From Haliotis rubra (Eukaryota): 64,000 nt of DNA. How positions within the stretch are numbered: the stretch's first letter is position 1; every line of letters begins with the position of its first letter. The stretch spans positions 62,001-126,000 of the forward strand of contig NW_025767547.1 of the NCBI RefSeq assembly GCF_003918875.1, read 5' to 3'. Below are positions 34,001 through 46,314 of the stretch, in pieces. A program made the position numbers and the translations under genes. The notes under the pieces are model-generated. The model was not told the origin of the DNA. It was given only the letters and a program-made list of their open reading frames with translations, and searched no databases.

Positions 34001-35126
34001 ACATTCTTGGGCGACTTCTACCATCACATTTCTTGTGGTTATTCAAATCCACAAACCACTTGTTGCAATCAGGACATTGTTGTTTGTCGTCCGGTGACCT
34101 TTGGCTGGCTGTTTGGCCCCTACCATCACATTTCTTGTGGTTATTCAAATCCACCAACCACTTGTTGCAGTCAGGACATTGTTGTTTGTCATCCGGTGAC
34201 CTTTGGCTGGCTCTTTGGCCCCTACCATCACATTTCTTGTGGTTATTCAAATCCACAAACCACTTGTTGCAATCAGGACATTGTTGTTTGCCATCCGGTG
34301 ACCTTTGGCTGGCTCTTTGGCCCCTACCATCACATTTCTTGTGGTTATTCAAATCCACAAACCACTTGTTGCAATCGGGACATTGTTGTTTGCCATCCGG
34401 TGACCTTTGGCTGGCTGTTTGGCCCCTACCATCACATTTCTTGTGGTTATTCAAATCCACAAACCACTTGTTGCAGTCGGGACATTGTTGTTTGTCATCC
34501 GGTGACCTTTGGCTGGCTCTTTGGCCTCTACCATCACATTTCTTGTGGTTATTCAAATCCACAAACCACTTGTTGCAGTCGGGACATTGTTGTTTGTCAT
34601 CCGGTGACCTTTGGCTGGCTGTTTGGCCCCTACCATTACATTTCTTGTGGTTATTCAAATCCACAAACCACTTGTTGCAATCAGGACATTGTTGTTTGTC
34701 ATCCGGTGACCTTTGGCTGGCTGTTTGGCCCCTACCATTACATTTCTTGTGGTTATTCAAATCCACAAACCACTTGTTGCAGTCGGGACATTGTTGTTTG
34801 TCATCCGGTGACCTTTGGCTGGCTCTTTGGCCTCTACCATCACATTTCTTGTGGTTATTCAAATCCACAAACCACTTGTTGCAGTCGGGACATTGTTGTT
34901 TGTCATCCGGTGACCTTTGGCTGGCTGTTTGGCCTCTACCATCACATTTCTTGTGGTTATTCAAATCCACAAACCACTTGTTGCAATCAGGACATTGAAG
35001 CTTGTCATCCGGTGACCTTTGGCTGGCTGTTTGGCCCCTACCATCACATTTCTTGTGGTTATTCAAATCCACAAACCACTTGTTGCAGTCAGGACATTGT
35101 CGCTTTCCGTCATTCTTCTTTGACAT
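31090..35126 (-). CDS. cGLR: cGAS-like receptor C with an 11-unit zinc-finger-like array, ~811 aa
   Basis: Exons 35126-33669, 32544-32319, 31968-31729, 31601-31090; GT-AG introns, frame open. Motifs GGSYYDKTK|VSRPNEMD..DIDMDIVPAI..WQMSFSLAEQKL..TTYHIRTL..PHFFLP. Close paralog of A. Confidence 0.93.
32840..33571 (-). mobile_element. 5'-truncated L2/CR1-group LINE in cGLR-C intron 1
   Basis: NKLKLNSNKTECILFG..SKLDYCNCLL..KLQRVQNVAARIV..HITPILYTLHWLPV; (ATT)n tail; acttt duplicated at the junctions; empty site in cGLR-A intron 1. Confidence 0.9.
34017..35099 (-). repeat. Coding 102-bp tandem repeat (34 aa, C-x2-C-x9-H-x2-C), 11 units
   Basis: QCPDCNKWFVDLNNHKKCDGRGQTASQRSPDDKQ repeated. Exon 1 is 177 aa (5x34+7) longer than in A. 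Confidence 0.95.
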
Positions 35127-36453
35127 GGTTGAGTGGACTTGTTGTACAACAATTTGTACTCACATTTCTGCCGTGTGGATCGGGGGTTAGTTTAGACACT
35201 GTTGACTGTGTAGATTCCCTGTGTAGCAGGTCCGAGATACTACCTTGTCCTTCTCAGTAGGCTCGTGGCAGTCACGTCACACCATGTCTTTGTACAACCG
35301 GTGTTAGAAACCCGATACACTAATGAATCTTTCATTTGATTCCATACAAGAATAACATGCACTGGCGAAGTGTTTTAATGAGATCCTGATGATAAAAAGC
35401 TCGGAAAGAGGCAGTGGGTCTGAGATCTTAACGAACATAACACTGGGCGTTCACGGTTGAATAATTGTCTACTTTCGTTTCTGAAGGTTACCTGTCCTGA
35501 TGCATGACGTCACGAGTGATTCCGAGAATAGGTCACCGGCAACCCACGCAGGTCGAGCGAGGCGTTCCTTGGTTGGGGCGTGGTCGACTGTGTGCCATAG
35601 TAACCAACGTGGATCGTTGCTGACGTTACATCACTGACAATGAAATTATTGATTCAGTGAATCGACCAAGTCGGTTTGCTCATTACATGGTATCTTTGCT
35701 GTTTGTTATTGATTCATAAACACCAAGTCGTATCATAAATGCTGCCTTTAGCAGAAATGTCTTATAAAGTGTTTTATCGCATACTTGTATTAACAACCAC
35801 AAAAAACAATACGTCTTTCTCGTTTACAGTGAGTACTATCACACTGTCAGAACGACTAGTTATAGTGAACTGTTGACATATGCAGATCCCTAGTTTCTCG
35901 TTTCAGTACTCACAGGCGGAGTCGAGCTTGTTCTCCTGTCTGCCATTGACTGTGGTTGAACACTGTCACTGAAGTATTTCTCTCATACAGAACATAATAC
36001 ATTTAGTGTCTGTCACGTGACACCGGAATGTGTGGGCGCATTTTATGCTATCGTGTTGCTCGCCAAGCATAACCTCCGCCGTCAGCAACAATACTAGCAC
36101 ATGCTACTGACATACTGACGGAATGTTTATCAATACGTTACACCCCCACAAGGTCTTCGTGGGTTTTCTGTTGAGGCGGAAGAGGAGGTGTACAGTGTGT
36201 TGGAACTCACAAAGGCTGAGGTCGGGTTGTACTTTCGTATATACGTTCGCAGGAAATCAATTTTCCAAGAACTGGTTTAACCAGGTCGCCTGCAGGTGTA
36301 GATATCGCAAGTCCTCGCCCACTTTAAATATTCATATGTTAACGTCTGCAAAGGATACGGTTTTAACAATATAACATTAAGGCAGACCTTTAGATTACGC
36401 TGGGTTGAGGGACGAGGGGTGGTTTTTGTGGTTTTTGTGGGTTTTTTTGGTTT

Positions 36454-36485
<32 letters not shown>

Positions 36486-36486
36486 C

Positions 36487-36522
<36 letters not shown>

Positions 36523-36529
36523 TGGTCAC

Positions 36530-36800
36530 TGATCCCAAAAACATAATCTCAAGCCCCATGTGTAGTGTCATTAAGAACAGTTTCGTCAGGATCTATTGTA
36601 CTTACAGAACGAGGAAGCTTGCTAAGAGGGTGTTGTTATGTGACTTTTTACCATTAACTGACATGATTCCAACGGCATCAACACCGACCTCCGACAACGT
36701 TATACTGCTGTGGCACGGACACAGTGCTTTGTATAATTTTGTGATAAAACCGCTGTTTTGGAGATTGTTGATATCATTGTTTCAGAGTATTGTCTCCCAT
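36530..36800 (-). mobile_element. Crypton-type relic, copy 3 (internally deleted)
   Basis: Paralogous to 4330-4610; the sequence corresponding to 4610-5115 is deleted. Confidence 0.65.
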
Positions 36801-37308
36801 GGATCTCATATTCTACGCAATTGGGATACGATGACATGTGTTGCATCTTACGACAAGCATGTGTTGCCTAAGACATTCCTGCCCAGATCTTCACGGGTTG
36901 GAGGTCTGATGCCCCGGTTGCCCAGATCTTCACGGGTTGGAGGTCTGGAGGTCTGCTGCCCCAGCTGCCCAGATCTTCACTGGTTGGAAGTCTGGAGGTA
37001 CGATGCCCCGGTTGGATCGTACCTGGGTTCAGTCAGCCACGTGTTGACCTCAGAAGACTAACATGGTTGCCCAATTAAATTACATTTGTGACGTCATTCC
37101 AGTGTCTGCTCGCTCCATTACTTTTCACGAATGGAGCGATGTGTACCAGTTTCAAATTAAAGCCTCCACTTTGTCATTTTGACATTTAATTTTGATAACA
37201 GAAATATTCCCAATACTTTGAATGTAATTTAAGAGGGTAATGTCCTCGTAACTCTGCATTCCTTAAAAATAATGGAGCCGAGGCCCTCGGACATTACCCA
37301 CTACATAA

Positions 37309-37843
37309 GGGGGCGCGGTGGGCGAGCTGGCTAAGGCGCAAGGCTAGTGATCCAGCGAGGTTGAGGTGTCGGGATCGAGCCCACCTGTGACCGGGTGTAA
37401 AAACCTTGGAGTCAACTTTGTGTGCAGACTCTTTCAGTGTTGTCACAACCCCTAGTGTACAGTACACAACTCTGTGCACTTAAAAGAACCCACGAATCCG
37501 TTGGTATTTGACCAGATGGTGGCCACATGAATACGTGCAAACACCTAGTTGCGGGTACAGCAACGTGCAGTGAACATGGACAAAGTACTGTGACTATGTG
37601 TCCCAGTCCACCCAGCTGTGAATGGGTACCTCGTTAGGATGAGAAAGCCACAATAACTCGGTGCGCCTAGTGGCTGCAAGAGTTGTATACTCCCAAGGGA
37701 GTTGAGATTGATAATGTGATGTGCCCTTGAGATTGACATCCAATGATCGAGGGAAAAAATACCAGCGCCTTGAGCATGCACTAGTGTGTGTATATGTGCG
37801 CTATATAAATATCCTATAATAATAATAATAATAATAATAATAA
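37309..37843 (+). mobile_element. Long tRNA-headed SINE with central conserved domain and (TAA)n tail
   Basis: Head ggggcgcggtgggcgagctggctaaggcg..gggatcgagccc; core gtccacccagctgtgaatgggtacc; LINE-type tail agcgccttgag..(taa)n. Confidence 0.75.
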
Positions 37844-39900
37844 TTCATATCTGTCCATGGTCATTTCAGTCTTCAATCCATGAAACATAACCAAAACTCA
37901 GATGGTCTACATATTGTATTTCAAAACATAACCAATAGATATATCATAACTGTGACAGTAAATTGTATTTAAATACTTTTGTCACCACACAATAAAAATA
38001 TGCTGCCTTTATTAAATATATGTCCATTTGTATGATCTACAATCTAATATACACATCTGCACTTCTACATAAAAGCATGAAAAACAGAACTATAAATGAC
38101 AGTGATGACTGGAAGAAACAGCCAAATGATCAACTCACACCCAGTAATCAAAACAGGGCCATCAATTCAACTTTGTCACTGGCTTTAAATAGAAATATAA
38201 TACAAACATACGCCTGACAAATCAATTCAACACTTATGCTATATTTCATTATCTAATAAGTAATTGATAATAATAGACTTTAACAGATAGATATCACAGA
38301 GAATGACTTTGAATATATTCACACTTTCTTCATGTACAAATTTATTTAATTCATTTAAGAGGGTTTTCAATAAGACAATTTTTTAACACACAATCAACTT
38401 CAACACTGAAAACAATTATCCCATTTCTACTATCATTGCTACTGACAAACTAGTATTCGGTGAGTCAGCCATTTTCTGAAATTTCATTTTTCAATGAACA
38501 CAAACAATCTTGTTGCAGAGACTGCTTACCCAGGACAGCTAACAAAATGTGTTGGTCACAGTTGAGCTATCTTCGCTGTCCTTATTTCCTTTCTAACTGG
38601 TGTGATGTGATTACATGAGGAGTTTCTTGGAATACCCTGTGGTTTAGCAAATATTAATTATCATTCCAGCTAAGTTAAAGTATCAAAAACCTTTGGCTGT
38701 TTGTCTTGCAGCCAAACATCAATAACACATTTACACTATCCTAGCGCCATCCCTTCCATCACAATTAGGAGTGTAGACAAGTGGGGGCCGGTATAATCCA
38801 GTTTAAATCTCTAAAGTTGTCAGGACTGTTTTTGATGAGTGAATGAATGGTGTTGGACAATGTGAACTGGTGTAAACAAGTGTTCATCTGTTGAAACCAG
38901 TCTACACCAGTCTGAACCTCTGTAAAGTAGTCAAAGACATCATGACCAGTTTGAACAAGTCTAAGCCATTGTGACCTTTTTGAACCATTATAAATCACTG
39001 TAGGAAATATGAACCACTGCATACCAAAATAGGCCAGTGTAAACCAGTGAAAGGACAATCACTACATTGTTTGATACCATTATCAAATTTTATCAAACAA
39101 TGCATAAATTCTGATGGTCAGAACTTGATAAATTATAGAATTATGTCTTCATATGTGCATAGATGTAAAACTGATGCACATAGGCGTAATCATAAATCCA
39201 TAAAATTTGAAAGATTTGCTGTTACTTTAGGTTGGTTGGTTGTTGTTTAACGCTGCACTCAGCAGTATTCCAGCTATGTCTCAGTATTATTTTAGGACTG
39301 TTTAAGTGCATGTGGCCTTTTTATGCTCATTTATGGTTGAACTCTGCTCATTTTAGAGGCTGGCTGTTAAAAGAAGCTGGGCCCTATATCTATGTGTACT
39401 AGTGAAAAGAAGGGAGGTACAGTTTAGTTAATTGGCGATACTGTTAGGATAAACCCAAGTCATCAGGATCTCCCACCTGTGACATGTATCACAACTAAGA
39501 GGGCCCCTTTCACAATGTAATCACAGTGCTCAGGTAATCCCTTACTTTATGCCAACAGCTTATCGATCATTTTACTGGGAAGATCGATTTGAGGGAGGGA
39601 ACCCTGATGAATATATCTACATGTTGCTGCAACGTATGTTTGTTTCAAACACTACAAAACTGTTCAGGATAAGGCAAAATATAGGAACTTTGATTACCTA
39701 CATCACATTTTCAAGGTAACCCTTGAAAAGAAGGAGTGCGGTGTTTATGACTCTTTTGGCAATACTGCCATGGCAAGAGGACCCCAGAAAAGGATTTGAT
39801 TCCCTACAGGCGTACAAAGACCCATTTCTGGTGCCCACTGTGGTAATACTGCTAAACACAGCATGAAACTCGACATCCTCAATCTAGACTACTTCTTCAC

Positions 39901-42730
39901 TTAACAAGAATCAACAGTGTGTTGGACAAGGTGTACTTTTTCTCCAAGGCTTTCATTAAGTGATTTTATGTCTGCTTCAGTAAGTTTGCAGCCTTCCAGA
40001 ACAAGGTTACACAGAGCAGGAGCTGCAGTCAGCTGTGTGAGACCCTCCAGACTGATCTGACGACAATAGGCAACATTCAGACTCTGTAACTCCTTCAGTG
40101 CCCCAGCTATTGTCCCGAGACTGGACTGGTTCATCTGCCCACATCGTGACAGGTTCAGATTCTTCAGATGAGGTAGGTTACGGCACATGTGATGGATGGT
40201 GAGATCTGAGCAAGCGGTGTCTGACAGCTCAAGATGGGTGAGGTCAGTCAACATGGTAACGATCTTCTCCAAACCTGACTCTGTTACACGGTAGCAGTGA
40301 TTGAGGACAAGATGTTTCAAATTGGGGAACTTCTCTGCGATGTCTGCAAGATCAAAATTGTCAACACGGGAACATTTTGTGAGGTCAAGGTTGGTGAGGT
40401 CAAGGTCAATAGAGGTCTTTAACCAGCGTGGTGTCCATGCACACTGGTTCATTGTTAGATGTTTCAATGAACGTGGGAGGTTTTTGCAGTTTAGATTGTC
40501 TGTGTTACACTTCACCAAGGTCAAGGACAGCATTTTGGGACATCTCTCTTGTAGATCCAGCAGCATTGCATCAGACAAAGAATGTTTCTTCCATTTTGTG
40601 GACTCTGAAAGATCAAGAATATTAATAGTTATCATGGATATGAACCTGTGCTTTCCACACCTCCAATAAAGTACCTGCCTTCTAAAACATTGCAGGGGCG
40701 GTGGGGTAGCCTAATGGTTAAAGCGTTGGCTCGTCACGCCGATGACCCAGGTTTGAATCTCCACATGGGCACAATGTGTGAAGCCCATTTCTGGTGTCCC
40801 CTGCCGTGATGTTGCTGGAATATTGCTAAAAGCGGCGTTAAAACCAAACTCAGTCAGTCAGTCTAAAACATTGCAGTATATGCAGTCATACATAGAAAAA
40901 TCAGAAAAATTCTTCCATAGCCTTCAACCATGTACTGTGGGCACATGTGGCCCAAGGGTCTAAGACACCACACTTTATTGAGCAGAGCTGCTTTCCAGGG
41001 GCACACTGGAAACGTATGATTGTGGTCAGTTAAGCACCTGTATCGGACATCATTTTTGCCACATCTTCACAGAAATCTACGTCTATTGATGCCTGGGGTT
41101 TGGCAGCTGAACATCCTGACCAATCAACACCAAAGAAAGGGCATGAAACTGTTAAAGAATATGCCATCCATAATTGTGTTTACTTTGAATCCCACTGATT
41201 ATGAGGGTCGAAGTTCAATTATATTTTTCATTCTGAGCCACTCCAACTTTTTTGCTGAACCTACACAAACACATCATAATGATGGTGATGATGATGAGCT
41301 TTCTGATATTGAAAACCACAAGACGGCAATGCATGTAGTTAGAACTGGGAACGTTAAAAAGCTTAACTTCAGAATACAAAAAAAACTCCAGATATATTAA
41401 ACATGCTAACTAAAAACAAAGTTTCCATGTAAAAAAAACAATAACAAAAACCCACCGGGGTCTGGTCAGTTGTTAGGGTCGGTCAGTCTGTTGGTCTTCC
41501 GGTTTCAAGAATGCTTTAATGAGGGCTAATCATGGTAATGGGCACTTACTTGGATCACAGAAGCCCCCCAGCTTCATCGTCAGCAGACACTCCGAGAAGT
41601 GAGCCCTCATCACTTTCCACATCTTGTTGAGACTGAGAACATATGGCAGCAGATCAACATGGCGCCACAGGGAGTTGTCTTGGACAATACGGCGCCACCT
41701 TCTACACACTCTGAAAATACAGTTGGATTCTAATCAAGATCAATATTTCACATGCATGTGCATTCTCATTATAATGCCAAATCATTTGTCAAGTCTCACT
41801 TAAGTTGATCATTTTTTACACAAAATCCCATGCTACAGGATTTGCCATTTATTACAAGTTTCAAATTTCCATCAGCACCACTTAGAAGAATGAATACATG
41901 TTGCCAGGTTGAGGCTAGTTCACTTTGGCTGAGTTAATCTCATCCTTCTTATTTGCCAACATCCAAGGGGTCGTTGTCGGCACAGATATGTTCCCCAAGT
42001 ACATATCTGCATACAGAAATGTATCGTAAACACAGTCCAAATACAGAAACGTACCTGGTACCCTAAACCGCGGACGAGTCCATATTCGGCAATACAAAAC
42101 CGAAACCGTATGTTGTTATTCCCGTTCAACTGATTGCGAGTGAGCATTTTGCACCGCGAAATATTCGTTACTGTGTGTAGCCGTTTCTTATATAACGCAA
42201 TCAAATGCATCTAATACAACAGTGTGACAGTTCCGTTCAAGACAACAACACGGAATGGAAGGGTCCTATGGTACGTTTCTGTATTCTGATTGACAATTAA
42301 CGACCCCTTCAGCCCCAATCATGGTCGCTATCACAGTTGGCTCGTTTACAGCTTACCGATAAAGGAGACATACAGTAATGGGGAACCAAGGGCAGAGGAT
42401 ACATTTGAAAACCTACCCTAACGCGAATCCGAATGTATTAAACCTTAACCTAGTACCAGCTAAGACCGCGTAGTATGTGAATCGACAGCCACTGTCGATA
42501 GCCTGCGCAATCACCACTTCCAATTTGTTTAATCCTCCCACAACTACAGTAAGCTGTGCCCGGTAAACTGCATTGTCAAATGAGAGGCAAATATGCGGAC
42601 TTTTCTTACCTGCCGTCCAGAAATACAGCGATATTTGACGGGAAGATAACACACAATATTTCCAGTATGATGTTATAGAGGACTTAAAAATTATCTCATT
42701 TTTGTAATTTGTTTTTAGAAGTGAGTTCAT
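39901..42730 (-). CDS. FBXL12: F-box/LRR protein, FBXL12-like (first exon disrupted as assembled)
   Basis: Exon 2, 41710-41550: VCRRWRRIVQDNSLWRHVDLLPY..MWKVMRAH..LGGF. Exon 3, 40604-39901: cysteine-containing LRRs (LxxLxLxxCxxxT). Exon 1 donor at 42610 carries F-box remnants (IILEIL / YLPVK). Confidence 0.75.
40694..40863 (+). mobile_element. tRNA-derived SINE, family 1
   Basis: Full consensus; TSD ctaaaacattgcag on both sides. Confidence 0.9.
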
Positions 42731-43252
42731 GCTAGCAAGCCACTGGGGCCGCCATTTTGAAAATTATGATCACATGATCAATTGTGATACTTATATGAAC
42801 GCTTCCTTTATTTCACGTACTGAAGCTATGAGACTCTGTTTAAACACATACATATAGTGCATGAAATACCCCACCTACCAGGAATAAAAACATGTTGTTG
42901 TAAACATCTTGTATAGTTGTCGAATAAATCCGTTACCCGATAGCAAGTTTCCCGAAAAAGGGAGGTAACTCAACAACTGTGTGCATGTTCACTTGCAGGT
43001 CAAAGGGCAGCTGTTAAGCCTGTGCGGACATTGTATACAGTCTGCAGAGTGTGTCATCCGTCCGTTCCAAGTCCCAGCTGGTAGCAGCTGTCAAAGTAAA
43101 GTTTCATGTTATCTACAATGCATAGAAGCTAGTCTCTTCTTTAAAAGAAAGTTTTGGTGACGCAAAATTGGCGAACATCATATTAAGCATCTGTTAAATA
43201 CTCATAAGACCTTTAGAGTGAAGGAAAGAGTTTGGAAATTTGTTTGGGGCTC

Positions 43253-43645
43253 AGGGACCGTTCATACTTTATGGCTAGGTGGGGTAATGATGACTTTTTT
43301 TGGAGATGCATGGACAATGTGAATGACCCCCCTAAAAGTTATGTACATAGTAAATGACCCCCCTGCATGTCATGTTCAAAATCAATTACCCCCTGCCCCT
43401 TCCCATAATTTTTAAGCATTATTTCTAATAGTATTTGTGTACAAAATCGCTGACACCCCCAACCCACCCAGTAAATATGTGAAAAAATTGCTGAAACCCA
43501 TCCCACTTGTAGATGTGTAGATGTGTACGAAATTCATGACAAAAAAACCACCACCACTTCCCCAGAACAAAATGGGTGACCCCCCTCCCTCCCCCACCTT
43601 AAAATCATCATCACCTCCCCTAGCCACAAATGATAAACGGTCCCT
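43253..43645. mobile_element. MITE with AGGGACCGTT terminal inverted repeats
   Basis: agggaccgttcat..tggctagg / cctagcca..ataaacggtccct. Confidence 0.6.
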
Positions 43646-45230
43646 TACCAGTAATGGACCTTTCATGATCAGTGTGGAAGCATCCTGTATAATAATAATA
43701 ATAATAATAATACATTCATTTATAGAGCGCGTAAATTGATAGAGTAAATGTGTTCTTTGCGCTAAAAGAAAACCATAATTTTAAAGGTAGTGTAGAAACA
43801 AGTGGGTCTTTAGTTGAGATTTAAAAGATGAGAGACTGGAGCTAGATTTGAGATATCCTGGGAGATTGTTCCATTTTGATGCTGCAGCATATATCAGCAT
43901 ATATCAATAATCCTTTATCCATGTGTACACAATAATGTTTTTTCTGTTATTTCTTTCAGATAGCATTTATTTCATCTTGAGGTTTAATGTATACATCTAT
44001 CAAGACAAGTTGTGAATTCATCCACACCTCAAAAGTCCATGTTTCCACCCTGTAAAAACTTGGGTTAGAATATTTAGTCCCTAGCTCTCTACTGCTTGTC
44101 ATAAATAGATGATAATAAACAACCTTCCGTGTAATACCAATTTTCTTAAAAGAGTTAATGATTTGGTATCATACGAGCGAAAGCAAGTTTGATACTAAAT
44201 CTTTCGCGAGTTTGTGAAGATCCGGGTTAGAATTGATCTTTAGTAACCTATGCATGTCGTAAGAGGCAACTAACAGGACCGGGTGGTCAGGCTTGCTGAC
44301 TTGGTTGATACATGTCATTGTATCCCAATTGCGTAGATCGATGCTCATGCGGTTGATCACTGGATTGTGTGATCAAGACTCGATTATTTACAGACGGCCA
44401 CCATATAGCTGGAATATTGCTGGGTGCAGCGTAAAAGTGAACACTCACTGATTCAGACATGAAGCAAACTAAAACCTCACAGAACAAATCTTCACCTTTG
44501 CTACGACACACTTGTGTGTGTATAGATGTCAGGGAAATCTGATTTGAAAGGGTGCTTGATTCATCAGCAACAATTTTATACTGCTGTATACTTATGCATT
44601 AAGAATTTGTGGATGTTATTTGTTTTCAACGTACAGAAATTAGATATTGTCGTATTTTCTGAGAATTCAAAAGTCTTGACTATGATGAGTTTATTAGAAA
44701 GTGTGCCTCATATTGAAGTGTCTTCCGATCTTGTTGCATTGAGAGGCAGAGGATAGCCAAGTGATTAAATGGTTCGCTTGTCATGCTGAAGACCCAGGTT
44801 CGATCCCTCACATGAGTACATGTGAAGCCCATTTCTGGTGTCACCCACCTCAATATTGTTGGAATATTGCTAAAACGGGCATGAAACCAAACTCACTCAC
44901 TTTGGGTATTTTTGTCTGGGTAAAAGATCTGATTTGAATAAGATTAACTCAAATAGATAGTGTCCAAAATGTTTCAACTGCTGTATGTATAGCAGCTGCA
45001 ACATATTAGGCACTATCTATGTATAGAAATGATGTAGATTGATGCTCATGATGTCAGTCGAGGGTACAGGTAGCCCAGTCATCTAAGGTGATGCAGTGTG
45101 AAGAGTTGCTTCCCCCTTGCCTGTCACAAAAGGCGACTATGCTTGTCGTGAAGAGGCTGACTAACGAGGAGCGGGTGGCCAGGCTCTCTGACTTGGTTGA
45201 CACATGTCATCGGTTCCCAATATAATATAT

Positions 45231-45645
45231 GATAATATAATAATTGATTTATAGAGTGCCTATTTCAAAAGATATTGCTCAATGGCTATGAAGAGAAAAG
45301 ATTGTAGACAATGTCTATGGAAAGAGAGTTTGAACAGATGAGTTTTGAGGGCAGTTTTGAAAGCATCAGCAGATTCTATTTCTTTTAGGGCAGTGGTAGA
45401 ATGTTCCAGAGATGGGCTGCAGCAGAGAACGCTCTTGATCCCATGGCTGTTTTGACGTGAGGCTGTGTAAGCAGTAGGGAGTTTGATGAGCGGAGCAATC
45501 GGCTTGGAACATGGAGATGAATGAGGCTTTTAAGATATTGAGAAAACATGTTTTCATAGATGCAGCTTCTTGTAAGAAGAAGAAGTTTGTATTGAATTCT
45601 GCTTGATACAGGAAGCCAGTGAAGAGTTTGGAGGATAGGTGTCAC
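45231..45645 (-). mobile_element. L2/CR1-group LINE 3' fragment inserted in a family 2 element
   Basis: TPILQTLHWLPVSSRIQYKLLLL..GSRAFSAAAHLWNILP with AT-rich tail; a shorter similar fragment lies at ~43690-43890. Confidence 0.85.
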
Positions 45646-45969
45646 AGTTTGGTAGCGTGGTGCACGGGCAACAACATCGGCGTTCGATGCTCATGCTGTT
45701 GATCACTGGATTGTCTGGCCCAGACTCGATTATTTACAGACCGCCGTCATATAGCTGGAATATTACTGAGTGCAGTGTAAAACTAAACTCACTCACTTAC
45801 TCATTTACTCAAATGGCAGGCATACTTTGTATGTGTCTCACAATGGTGATTTGCAGGAGTCTGACCCACTGCAATTTTCAGTCATTTTACATATTGACAG
45901 TAGCATATACTCATGATTTTATTGATAATCAGTGTTCAAGTGAAATAGTTTGTGTTGAAGTCTAAATAG

Positions 45970-46314
45970 TAGAGCTGGGATGATTCACCGATGCACCGAT
46001 GCACCGATACATCACGATACATTTAAGTTTGATACAGCTATCATATCGCCAACTGGTGCATCGATACAAAACGATACACAACTTTTTTACAAAACAGTAT
46101 TATTTTAAACAGAGAAAAATATGCAAGTATGAAAGAGTTACTTGTTTGTTTATTACAATAGTGTTAATGTTATATACAAATACCTTGCAATATATCATTT
46201 TAAATATTAATACTGTGTCATTGTTGTGAGGTGTATGTATTGTGATATGTATCATATCGCAGGTAAAATATTGCGATACATATCGTATCGTATCGTGACC
46301 TAGTCCCAGCCCTA
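45970..46314. mobile_element. hAT-type MITE
   Basis: TIR tagagctggg / cccagcccta; 8-bp TSD ctaaatag; subterminal CGATA repeats. Confidence 0.8.

Noticed and set aside
33730-35260. Plus-strand 422-aa and 472-aa repeat ORFs (and 2438-3085)
   Set aside because: Antisense shadows of the cGLR finger arrays.
40694-40775. tRNA-Asp-like genes at SINE heads
   Set aside because: No proper acceptor stem; each continues into a shared SINE body and tail, with TSDs where visible.
41020-41400. 126-aa plus-strand ORF
   Set aside because: Lies antisense in an FBXL12-like intron, with a non-ATG start and no recognisable motif.
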